From a virus, in IMG/VR virus record IMGVR_UViG_3300020442_002661, positions 1 to 64,000 of that record: 64,000 nucleotides of DNA; one strand, given 5' to 3'. Below the pieces are notes generated by a model, which was not told the origin of the DNA, searched no databases, and worked only from the letters and a program-made list of their open reading frames with translations. This document shows positions 57,101 through 64,000 of the stretch, in pieces. The translations under genes were made by a program, and so were the position numbers. Numbering within the stretch: position 1 is the stretch's first letter; each line of letters opens with the position of its first letter.

Positions 57101-58586
57101 TACCGCCAGTGTTAGTATCGTTGAAAGAATATACTACTCTATTTTCTACAGTATCTGTAATAAGCAAAATATCACTTGAATCATAATTGCCCATAAACTT
57201 AACATAGCCTGCACCAGTATCTTCAAATGCAGGTCTTGCACTTAATCCTGATGTAATAGTATCTACAACAATTCCTACTAATGTATCTATCCTTGCATCT
57301 GCATCTGTCTCTGCATCGCTACCTGTGATTGTTTGTGTTGTTGCAGTTTGTTCTGCTGGATAAGTTGTTTTGTCAAAAATATAAGATTTAATAATTGTTT
57401 TTATATGACTGTGTGTATCAGTTTCAGGGTATCTTGTACCGTCAACTTGTGCTACATCACCTTCCCAATATTTTCCTGCATAATCCCAAGTTTTACTATT
57501 ACCACCATATTGTAAATCATTAAGATATGCACTTAAAACAAAGTTCACATCTCTTTCACATTTTTCTTGATTGTAAGTATAGTTTAAGAATGCGTTTACA
57601 TTTCCTTGATTAGCTTCTGTATCTGCCACATATGCCAAAATATCTGTCAATGCACTTTGATCTGCAACATCTTGGCTTGTTACATCAGGTGCAATATCTG
57701 CGGGCAAACTATTTGTTGATCCGTTAGCAATTACTGTTTGTACATTTAATGTCAATACTTCAGCATCCGCTCCGATGCTTGCTACAGGACTTGTTCCTGA
57801 AGTGTCTTGCGATGCAGTATTTCCAGTTTGTGGTGAGACTGTTGTACCTATTAAGACTTTCTCAACAACATCACCTAAATGTGTAAAGCCGTTACCTAAT
57901 AAAGTTCTATTTGTAGAAAGTGTATTTACAAAAATTTCTGTAGCAATAGCATTTGTTAAATGGTTAGTGTTATAAAATATGTCATGAGTCAGAACATTTA
58001 TAAACATTTTAATATCTGATTCAAAATCTGTTGCTGAAGTTATTGTGTTTGCAGGATCTGCTTCATTTATAAAATATTTTATTTCTTGGAATAAAAAGTC
58101 TTTGTTGTTAATAAGTCTTGATTTTGCATTAGATCTATCTAAATCTACACTACCAGGGTCTGTGTATACTAAAGTAGGAATTGGATCGCCGTTTGATATG
58201 TTATTAACTTCTGTTACACCTGCAACAAAATCAGTTTCGCTGTCTCCTGTGACATTGGTTTTTGTTATAACTACATCTTTTGCTCTAATAAGTGTTCTTT
58301 GACGTGTGCCTTTAGTTGTAGCTCTTTCTTTAGATTCTACATATCCTCTAAATACTTGTCCTACATTCGTTGACATAACCATATCGTAACCTATGTCACG
58401 GATAGTTTCTTCTAATTGAATCTGATAGGCAGATGCACCAGATACACGTGATTGTATAAATTGAGCAACTTCGTCAATTAACCAAATTTTATTATTTTTA
58501 AGTAATGAATGAGCATTAGGAAATTTATTTTCTGTGTAACCTATGCCCGGTTTAAACTTATACTGATTAATTTTTCTTTTTGCCAT
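51159..58586 (-). CDS. giant (2475 aa) virion structural/fibre-like protein with internal repeats
   Basis: Thr/Gly/Ser-rich; KCERDV-type helical repeats, several TT..HG...GD domains and eight GG.T..ND..IT repeats. Confidence 0.8.
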   Translation of the reverse strand: MAKRKINQYKFKPGIGYTENKFPNAHSLLKNNKIWLIDEVAQFIQSRVSGASAYQIQLEETIRDIGYDMVMSTNVGQVFRGYVESKERATTKGTRQRTLIRAKDVVITKTNVTGDSETDFVAGVTEVNNISNGDPIPTLVYTDPGSVDLDRSNAKSRLINNKDFLFQEIKYFINEADPANTITSATDFESDIKMFINVLTHDIFYNTNHLTNAIATEIFVNTLSTNRTLLGNGFTHLGDVVEKVLIGTTVSPQTGNTASQDTSGTSPVASIGADAEVLTLNVQTVIANGSTNSLPADIAPDVTSQDVADQSALTDILAYVADTEANQGNVNAFLNYTYNQEKCERDVNFVLSAYLNDLQYGGNSKTWDYAGKYWEGDVAQVDGTRYPETDTHSHIKTIIKSYIFDKTTYPAEQTATTQTITGSDAETDADARIDTLVGIVVDTITSGLSARPAFEDTGAGYVKFMGNYDSSDILLITDTVENRVVYSFNDTNTGGKVENTALTSTNGVVYDEDTDFPQYKQVTDAITKIYFNTNTETSHSSNPLQIFVDTDELLVRPYEFGTDAIERQRTANPLSMLDADFEYGLQPTKWSAISTMRGYPSVYEVPGTETDVTSITTDASAGTNDIGSSLITVTTAGAHGFEIGDAITIKGFDQAVTGYSRGEGAFIIINVPNGISFQYYAKAKVGTSDGTRIDTPTTQLRKAGFYTGASIGTPTFSVSSQGSSGTVRPALTVPIGEDVVPYTVTVGAAPEIGAPLSASSGISTGAQVTGRVGDGGVVVTPVVTDDYNIGDTQIDVQSTTDVQQNLAADRGDGQAMLVNTVVGNTITFNQGLEDTFAGNLVNYSAIEGQNVISLGFGALFDVDRAGGTYTLVAIANGGQDYEVNDILEIPGESLGGITGTNDAQITVNTVDTGGEILTATISGSAYAGNGTFTETGTYNHGNGSGGIWDVSFTNNVFSITASNPTYPNQQATQTVGQGTGAIWNFVATNGSYSVTIDPQTNGVTGYAPNDIIEVVGGDLQGITPDNNAQITINTVDSNGVPLTYGVTGVAPDATNTYTAVSYSTNNSGIGAQININTNGTTYTATFSQTGTGFQVNDTITILGTQVGGANSTNDVTITINTVDTGGEILTYTVSGTAVNSFSVNNVNNQNNLIGSGARFDIEVNGLTGNYLVTVNQAGDNYGVDQTLEIAGDLIGGQSPANDLTMTITDVNNDSTLSAGGVATVSVSGTAQKATSGFTVADRLRINGSEFPGGADTTNDLTIEVTGVDVDGGITGTSITGTAPNANVDYTGLSQDGTSGSGTNAQFDINRTGTTYTANMASGGANYAQNDTLTFNGENLGGATPTNNCTITVLTVDGTGQILTFSTAGTAVNSGTANDKASTNLAGNGASFNIVAGSGSYTASVLTGGNDYFVDQTFTVLGTSLAGATPTNDLTITISGVDASGAITGVSSSGTASTDVGSFSAVVANAAGATGNGGNFNILRDGTTADSTVGTYTVSLNSPGQDYAAGNKIKIDGGFLGGTTVTNDMTITVDSVDSMGGIITISHEGDAYAGDSLDLYSTFTMDAVSTGELATTLDISFSALATLLITFTNNHGLVPGDTFITGIDSDDTEDGGTNNHKLAAGSFLVTSVPQLNQLTFTARAAGAIDTTTDTILGTVYPRPDSFFIHRPFDGGVQLGTGGPQHGAQAIRQSKKYIRYQSGKGIMYTTGALFAPSYDLRSISSDGIEIGSTITVTTDDNDHGLQIGAQIQIIGVETEGYDGTYTVSDITDERTFEVTSNQRLGGTTGTLSFGAQMSTFKWHGATVRSGVFDDQNGIYWEYDGTNLYACLRTATKQIAGTVTANPDSNSITGVNTRFRDQLKAGDRIVIRGMTHVVTNIADQTTMTVTPDYRGVNTASGTKVCLISDTKVKQSEFNRDGLDGTGPSGYNFVYSKMQMIGIEYSWYGAGFIDYMVRGANGEFVYAHRIRNSNVNTEAFMRSGNLPVRYEVTNEGQNTKLQSDIDDAVTTIPVESVSFLPTAGTVYIDNELISYTSTNSTTNELTGCTRSANLTNFQAGASRTYTAGGATSHTARTGVVLVSQTTTPLISHWGSAFLTDGGFDEDRGYIFSYTEQGVTVTNARQTAFMIRLAPSVSNAIPGDLGDRELLNRAQLLLQGLEVTSEANATGAIVVEGILNPQNYPVNPGLITWTGLSTLAQGGQPSFAQVASGSGIQWSTGATTTTTNLTAQATVNAILDSGQSRSRNGNSFAYVSGTDYRSTFGTDNIDPVLGKVVVSNRLPAGTTITGGYISPSSNYGYFFFSQSLTGNINANTANAFTIQSHADISNVPYAFITKSSWEASGATNGTPVSSTSASPSWPANTIINNVKLVDFAGTEYYEVDFNNASQGTLTQGSGTITLEFSAPAYGQPGETVLSFIAQPGERAAIDLGELKELTNTTLGGRGTFPNGPDVLAINVYKTAGSDVNANLILRWGEAQA
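53930..56065 (-). repeat. eight degenerate ~85-aa beta-sandwich-like repeats inside the giant protein (approximate bounds)
   Basis: Recurring G.GA.F.I...Y...G..Y..ND.L.I.G..LGG.TP.ND.TITV..VD..G.I. Confidence 0.8.
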
Positions 58587-58588
58587 TA

Positions 58589-59512
58589 CTAAATTCCTAG
58601 TGCTACTGCTAATGCTGTCGCAGTATTATCTGTATATACTTTGTTACTTATCTGATTTTTTGTAGTTGGTTGTGCTAACACGGATGCTTCGCTGAATGTT
58701 GCTGTGCTAGGTTCTGTCCCGCCAATTATAGTATTATCAATAGTTGTATCAATTACTCTTAATGTGCTACCATCTAAGCCAATAGTGCCTTTTGTAATTG
58801 AATCAATCTTAAATTCTATAGCGTTGCCAGCTGATAACACAATATTTGTACCTGCATTCATTTCAGCAACACCTAATCCATCAATATTTAAACTGTTTGC
58901 AGTAAGTGTACCTTCAACTTCAAAAGTTCCTGTAACTGTACCGTTACCATTAAGTGTCAATTCAGTTGCTGTAAGAGCTTGTACAGTTGATGCTCCTGTC
59001 ACTGTCAAATCAGAAGCAGTAATATTAACTGCAATAGGGTCTTCTACATTAATTGTACCTTTTGGATCATAATCTGCATCACCATAATATAGTAAGTCGG
59101 GTGCAGTTCCAGGTACTTCAATAGTAAATGTACCACTTGTTTTAGCTTGAGCCGCCGCTCCTGTTGATATAGTATCATCGTCTGCTTGGTGTTGGATACC
59201 TGTATTATACAGTACATTAGAACCGTCAAAAAGATTAAAACTACCAGCACTAATATCTAACGAGAAAGAATAAGTTGTACCTCTTCTTAGTGTTAATGTT
59301 GGATTATCTCCTGCATCTACAATAACTGTATTACTGGTAATTCTAAAATTACCACCTGTAGTCGTAACGCTGTAGTCACCTGTTTGGGTTCCGCCACCGC
59401 CAGCACCAGCGGCATTGATAGAAGTTGCTGTGATGTTTCCTAGTGCATCAACAGTAAATCCTGGGCTCTTAAAACCAAACTCTGATTCAAACGGTCTTTG
59501 GGTGACTGCCAT
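58589..59512 (-). CDS. virion structural protein (fibre-associated)
   Basis: NPTLTLRRGTTYSF...APDLLYY domain; C-terminal NKVYTDN.ATALAVALG; late box 59533-59540 and SD GGAG. Confidence 0.7.
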   Translation of the reverse strand: MAVTQRPFESEFGFKSPGFTVDALGNITATSINAAGAGGGGTQTGDYSVTTTGGNFRITSNTVIVDAGDNPTLTLRRGTTYSFSLDISAGSFNLFDGSNVLYNTGIQHQADDDTISTGAAAQAKTSGTFTIEVPGTAPDLLYYGDADYDPKGTINVEDPIAVNITASDLTVTGASTVQALTATELTLNGNGTVTGTFEVEGTLTANSLNIDGLGVAEMNAGTNIVLSAGNAIEFKIDSITKGTIGLDGSTLRVIDTTIDNTIIGGTEPSTATFSEASVLAQPTTKNQISNKVYTDNTATALAVALGI

Positions 59513-59550
59513 ATAATGTCTCCAATTTTATATATTTATCCGTATGCAAT

Positions 59551-59943
59551 TTAGGTATGACTTCTAAAATATGATGCTGAAAAGAACGCTTTTGCACCTT
59601 TTTCAGAGTCGGTTTTTGGATTTAATATAAGCTCTACATAAGAATTTGTTACTTGTGCAGTAACACTTACTAAATCAGTTGTAGTGCTTGCCCTACCATA
59701 TACAACAACTGTTGCTTCATTTGGAGATGCTGTCAATAAACACTTGATTACTTCCTTTTTATCTCGCCCTAATTCAATGTTAATTGTATATTCTGCACTT
59801 GCAAAATCGCCCATATGCCATCTGTCTATAGCAAGATTACTATATACTTCTTGCCAACGTCCTTCATAAGAGAATTGTGCACCATTTGCTAGTGCTACAG
59901 TTTTCCTTAAACCTTTTCTAAAATACTTGGATAAATCTATCAT
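59551..59943 (-). CDS. small beta-rich probable structural protein
   Basis: FASAEYTI, VVYGR; late box 59962-59969. Confidence 0.65.
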   Translation of the reverse strand: MIDLSKYFRKGLRKTVALANGAQFSYEGRWQEVYSNLAIDRWHMGDFASAEYTINIELGRDKKEVIKCLLTASPNEATVVVYGRASTTTDLVSVTAQVTNSYVELILNPKTDSEKGAKAFFSASYFRSHT

Positions 59944-59980
59944 TACAAACTCACTTTAATATATTTATCGGAGTTTGTAA
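59943..59980 (-). promoter_or_regulatory. late promoter inside a hairpin that occludes the translation start
   Basis: 10-bp stem TTACAAACTC/GAGTTTGTAA with GATAAATA in the loop. Confidence 0.6.
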
Positions 59981-59986
59981 AAACAC

Positions 59987-61792
59987 TTAGGTGTTTTTTA
60001 CAGTGATTAATTTGCCGTATTCAGGTAGATACAAGTACTCAATTTCACTATTTTGCAAGGTCCAAATAGCATCTTCAAGTTTTTCTACTAGAGGATCACC
60101 ACCTAAATTAAAACTTGTATTGAATATAATAGGTAATCCTGTCTTTTCTTTGAATACTTTTATAAGATCATAGTAATGCGGATTCTGTTCATGTGTTACT
60201 GTTTGAATACGACAAGTGCCATCTACATGTATAATACTAGGAATTTTTTCTGCTATTCCTTCTTGACAGTTGACAGCATACATCATATGCGGACTGTCGT
60301 CCATTCCACGTAGATCGAACCATTCATGCACATCTTCTTGTAGTATAGATCCTGCAAATGGACGGAAATATTCTCTACGTTTTACTTTGTTAACATAATC
60401 TTTGCCATCTTCAAAACTAGGATCAAATAAAATACTTCTATTACCTAATGCTCTTGGACCGTTCTCGCTTTGGCCTTGGAAAATAGTTACAATATTCTTT
60501 TTTGTAAGCAATTCTACAACTTCTTCATGTGTAGAATCTTTCATTTCAACATCATCTGCACTAGTAAGCTCTTGTAATTGATCTTCAGTGTATGAATATT
60601 TTGGTCCTAAATATAATGTTTGTGTTTGACGCTTTTCAGTTTCGTCTTCTAGCCCATACCAAAACATCATTGCGGCACCCATTGCAGTACCAGCATCATT
60701 TGACACAGGCTCTACATACATTTCAATTCCTTTTTCACGTAACGTTTCTAAGTAATAATAGTTTGCAACACAATTTAATCCATATCCGCCACTCACTACT
60801 ACTTTTTTCTTGCCTGTCATTTCGACTGCTTTTAGTATAAGATCTAAAACTTTTTCTTGTGTTTGTGTTTGCACAGCATATGCAATGTCTCTTCTACTTT
60901 GCAATAGAGTAACATCTTCTCCTTGGCGTGCAGGTTCTTTTAATTCATCGTATAAACCAGCGTTTATAAATGCGCCATTTGGATAATTTGGTACAACAAT
61001 ATTTCTATTTGTTAAAGGATACACTGCACCTTCTTCAAATAATTTTGGAAATTTATCATTTGGTTTACCATATGGAAACAAGCCCATTGTTTTTCCTGCT
61101 TCAATACTTGACCAACCGCAGTACATAGTTGCCGCTTCATATGCCTTTACAATTCCTGCTCTGTCATGTACAACTGCTGAGTGTGTTTTTCCATTTTCAC
61201 CAAACATACTACTATCCATTTGAATAGCGGCACCTGTTACAGGTTCTCTTGTTCCATAAACTTTGTGTAGTGTAGAAAAGTTTGCAGGATATTCGCAATC
61301 AATAATACTTTCTGTTTCCCATGTCATGACTTGTTCTTCATTGATAGACAAAGGAATAAAAGTTCCTGCGCCATCAACAATAACACTTACTGCACTATCA
61401 AATCCTGAACGATAAAATGCACATGCACTATGAAGTTTGTGGTGCATAAATGCTAAATCTATTACTTGTGGATGTTCGTATGTAGTAGAGTTAGACTTTT
61501 GATCTATCAATCCTAATTTTCTAGCAAGTCCTGTGTACACATCATCACCACTATAGTCAACTCTACCAGCAGTATCTCTCAATGATTGAGTATGTGCAAC
61601 TACAAGATAATCTAACTTATCTGTATACTCTAAAATTTTGACCATACTTGCAAATGGTCCACCGTCATATTTTTGTCTGCTTAATCTTTCTTCTTCAATA
61701 GAAAATATTACTTCTCCATCTTTAAGCAAGCATACGCCAGCATTGTGTCCTCTTGCAATACCTGCTATCCAAACTGGTTTTTTATCGCTCAT
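59987..61792 (-). CDS. full-length NodU/CmcH-family O-carbamoyltransferase
   Basis: HNAG, EEERLSRQK, HHKLH, DGAG, GKTMGL, SGGYGLNCVAN, DAGTAMGAA, GPRALGNRSIL, KRREYFRPFA, HVDGTCRIQTV, NTSFN. Confidence 0.95.
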   Translation of the reverse strand: MSDKKPVWIAGIARGHNAGVCLLKDGEVIFSIEEERLSRQKYDGGPFASMVKILEYTDKLDYLVVAHTQSLRDTAGRVDYSGDDVYTGLARKLGLIDQKSNSTTYEHPQVIDLAFMHHKLHSACAFYRSGFDSAVSVIVDGAGTFIPLSINEEQVMTWETESIIDCEYPANFSTLHKVYGTREPVTGAAIQMDSSMFGENGKTHSAVVHDRAGIVKAYEAATMYCGWSSIEAGKTMGLFPYGKPNDKFPKLFEEGAVYPLTNRNIVVPNYPNGAFINAGLYDELKEPARQGEDVTLLQSRRDIAYAVQTQTQEKVLDLILKAVEMTGKKKVVVSGGYGLNCVANYYYLETLREKGIEMYVEPVSNDAGTAMGAAMMFWYGLEDETEKRQTQTLYLGPKYSYTEDQLQELTSADDVEMKDSTHEEVVELLTKKNIVTIFQGQSENGPRALGNRSILFDPSFEDGKDYVNKVKRREYFRPFAGSILQEDVHEWFDLRGMDDSPHMMYAVNCQEGIAEKIPSIIHVDGTCRIQTVTHEQNPHYYDLIKVFKEKTGLPIIFNTSFNLGGDPLVEKLEDAIWTLQNSEIEYLYLPEYGKLITVKNT

Positions 61793-62659
61793 TTAAAATC
61801 CTCTGTAATAATTACCCCAACCTTTAAGTTGTTTTCCTATACTATCAACAAAATAATCAAAATCACCGTGTGTGCTAGTATAGCAGTTGTTTACTATATC
61901 TATCCATTTTTCTACTTGTTCAGGAGTATTCTGGCTTATATTTAATTTTGGTTTAACAACATAATTCACGTAATCTGCATGTTGATTAATAGTAGGATGC
62001 CTATCTATATTAGGAGTAACACTATTTCTTATAATAAATTTGTATGGTTTTTCTGTATGTGTCCATGCAAAAACTCCAATAGGTTTTAACCATCTATCAT
62101 TAAATATTTTATCTTTGTATTGTTTCAATTTAGGAATATCTTTCCATACATCTATTTTATTTGTGCTTTCTCCTTCACCGTTTCCGTCTTGAGGATAGTC
62201 ACTATTCATTTTATTAATATACCCCATGCTTGTCATGTAATAATTAACACCAATACCTTCTAGAAACTTTTGTGTAAGCAGTATGTTATTAAGCGTATGC
62301 ATCATATAACTATGTTCATCGAAAAAAGTTTTTATCCACTTTTCGTCATACAAATTTGCATTTATAAAATTAAAAATACTGCCAGATGTTTTCCAACCAA
62401 CACCTGGTTGTGTATCATGACGCTGATCAAGTGTGTGCCAGTCATGTCTTAGATGACTTGTCCATTGTATTATTACTGTATCTTCTGGTGTTAATGTTTC
62501 TGATGCATGTAAATTAGCAACACGTTCTGCGATAGCTCTGTTGCCTAGTCCAGGATAAGCCCAATTTTCGTATGTGTCAAACTCACAACCTAGTATATCA
62601 GCCCAAGTAGGCCAAGCATAGTTTGTAAAAGAACACCCTAGTGCATAAAAACGTTTCAT
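61793..62659 (-). CDS. SGNH-like protein; paralog of 9098..9784
   Basis: GCSFTNYAWPTWADIL, ENWAYPGLGN, IQWT, DRHP. Confidence 0.55.
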   Translation of the reverse strand: MKRFYALGCSFTNYAWPTWADILGCEFDTYENWAYPGLGNRAIAERVANLHASETLTPEDTVIIQWTSHLRHDWHTLDQRHDTQPGVGWKTSGSIFNFINANLYDEKWIKTFFDEHSYMMHTLNNILLTQKFLEGIGVNYYMTSMGYINKMNSDYPQDGNGEGESTNKIDVWKDIPKLKQYKDKIFNDRWLKPIGVFAWTHTEKPYKFIIRNSVTPNIDRHPTINQHADYVNYVVKPKLNISQNTPEQVEKWIDIVNNCYTSTHGDFDYFVDSIGKQLKGWGNYYRGF

Positions 62660-63603
62660 TATTCTGCGTCTGGATCATTTTCTCTTTTGATAACGCCAAC
62701 AATATATTCACGCAGATTATCATCCATTTGCATTATACCTTCGTTAGCTCTATTAACAGTTTCGTCAACTGTAATTCTAATAGGATCGTATTGTCTATCT
62801 TTCATTCCCATGTCTACAATTTTTAATTTTTCTTGTCCTGGATATGATATGTTAATCGGAAAAGTAGATCCAACAACAACAGTAGTTTCTGTATCAACAG
62901 CATATGACAAATGTTGTCCAACACTATCACAACCTAAGAAATGATCTGCGGCTTTGATTACACTTGTCCACTGCCTTAATCCTAGCCCCTCTGGCATAGC
63001 AACTTCGTTTTTCAATCCTTCACCTTTGAGCTCCATTTTCAATTCGCTCATCATAATAATTCCGTAATCTTTTTCTATAAGTTTTAATAACCTTTTTACA
63101 TCAGCCCATTCAAAACTTCTTCCTGTTGAGTCCATAGGTGTTTCATTAATAATTTCTACACCTCTACCAAAAGGTTGGAATACTAATACTTTATCTTTTT
63201 TTAATTTTTGTTTTACTTCGTCAACTATTTGACGTCCTACAAGTATTTCATTATGACTTAATTTTACAAAAGGTTTATCTAAATCTCTGACTCCTTTTTC
63301 ATTAAGTAGAATATCAAATGCTTGTGATAAATTACATTTTTGATTATAGTATTCCCATACTTGATATGGTTCTGGGTTTACTACTTGCCTATGTTTTATT
63401 TCGCTTTCAAAAAGATTTTTATGCCAAGGATCGTATGCACGTTTATGTAGTGTAGGATGACCTTTAAACATATCTGTGCCACCTTCACATACGATAATAA
63501 AATCTTTATCTCCTGATTCTTCTTCATATTTTTCTAGTGCAGGAATAGAACACAGCATACGCCCAGCGCCGCCATTTAGAAAAAATGCCTTCGATCTTGT
63601 CAT
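62659..63603 (-). CDS. GT9-like (heptosyltransferase-fold) glycosyltransferase
   Basis: NGGAGRMLCSIPAL, FQPFG, LRQWTSVIKAADHFLGCDSVGQHLSYA. Confidence 0.65.
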   Translation of the reverse strand: MTRSKAFFLNGGAGRMLCSIPALEKYEEESGDKDFIIVCEGGTDMFKGHPTLHKRAYDPWHKNLFESEIKHRQVVNPEPYQVWEYYNQKCNLSQAFDILLNEKGVRDLDKPFVKLSHNEILVGRQIVDEVKQKLKKDKVLVFQPFGRGVEIINETPMDSTGRSFEWADVKRLLKLIEKDYGIIMMSELKMELKGEGLKNEVAMPEGLGLRQWTSVIKAADHFLGCDSVGQHLSYAVDTETTVVVGSTFPINISYPGQEKLKIVDMGMKDRQYDPIRITVDETVNRANEGIMQMDDNLREYIVGVIKRENDPDAE

Positions 63604-63620
63604 ATTATAATTACTCCATT

Positions 63621-63672
63621 AAAAAAGGTCGGACTCAACATTATATATTAAAGTATAGTGTTAAGTCCGACC
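63621..63672 (-). terminator. long imperfect hairpin with U-tract
   Basis: GGTCGGACT...AGTCCGACC followed by TTTTTT on minus. Confidence 0.7.
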
Positions 63673-63701
63673 CAAATTGGATAGAGAATTTTTTTTAAAT
63701 T

Positions 63702-64000
63702 TTATGCTTCGCCTGCATCTGGTGGATTAGGATCATCCCAATCTGGAAGTGTTTCTTCTGAGAAAGGCCATTTCCAGTGATTAACATTAGCGTATTTACG
63801 TGGTGCATCATCTAACCAATCTGCATGGTTAGTAAGTGTAGTTCTTTCATCGTCTGTGAAAGTTTGGTTTGTGTCCGCTAAAGCACGTCTAATCGCATCT
63901 GATTGTCCCTCTAAACTGTCAAGAACACTTTGTCTTGAGTTATTGTGTTCTCTAAATTGAGGTTCTCTCCATGTGTCTGTTTCATGCGTGTATAGTAAAC
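63702..64000 (-). CDS. C-terminal part of a protein resembling tail-fibre assembly chaperones; start outside window; not in track
   Basis: Manual translation ...DTWREPQFRE...ERTTLTNHADWLDDAPRKYANVNHWKWPF...GEA*. Confidence 0.55.
   Translation of the reverse strand, partial: LLYTHETDTWREPQFREHNNSRQSVLDSLEGQSDAIRRALADTNQTFTDDERTTLTNHADWLDDAPRKYANVNHWKWPFSEETLPDWDDPNPPDAGEA

Noticed and set aside
1-64000. Stop-codon reassignment, tRNAs, CRISPR array, introns
   Set aside because: Core genes are full length in the standard code and end in TAA, TAG or TGA next to the following start; intergenic gaps are short and show no cloverleaf or repeat-spacer pattern by eye

Overview
AT-rich, gene-dense segment of a large T4-superfamily myovirus, probably a jumbo phage of an aquatic Gram-negative host (host is inferred). 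Almost all genes are on the minus strand. Replication and recombination genes: gp41-like helicase, gp61-like primase, gp62-like clamp-loader subunit, UvsW, UvsY, UvsX, gp32 SSB, dNMP kinase and two separate family-C (DnaE-like) polymerase ORFs, one of which the ORF track missed. Packaging and virion genes: TerL, probable TerS, gp4, tube, sheath, gp13/14/15 and a 2475-aa repeat protein. There is also a large glycan-building set: KdsA/KdsB, HldE/HldD/GmhB, four KpsS/KpsC-like transferases, three GT-A enzymes, a GT9-like enzyme, two carbamoyltransferases and several methyltransferases. Non-coding signals read directly from the sequence include T4-late-like (N)ATAAATA boxes and sigma70-like promoters placed so that transcripts would be leaderless, a compact pseudoknot-capable folE leader, AGGCA repeats in the SSB and dnaE leaders, and apparent avoidance of GCWGC. 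No tRNA, rRNA or CRISPR array was recognised. All calls come from motif recognition by eye, with no database searches.
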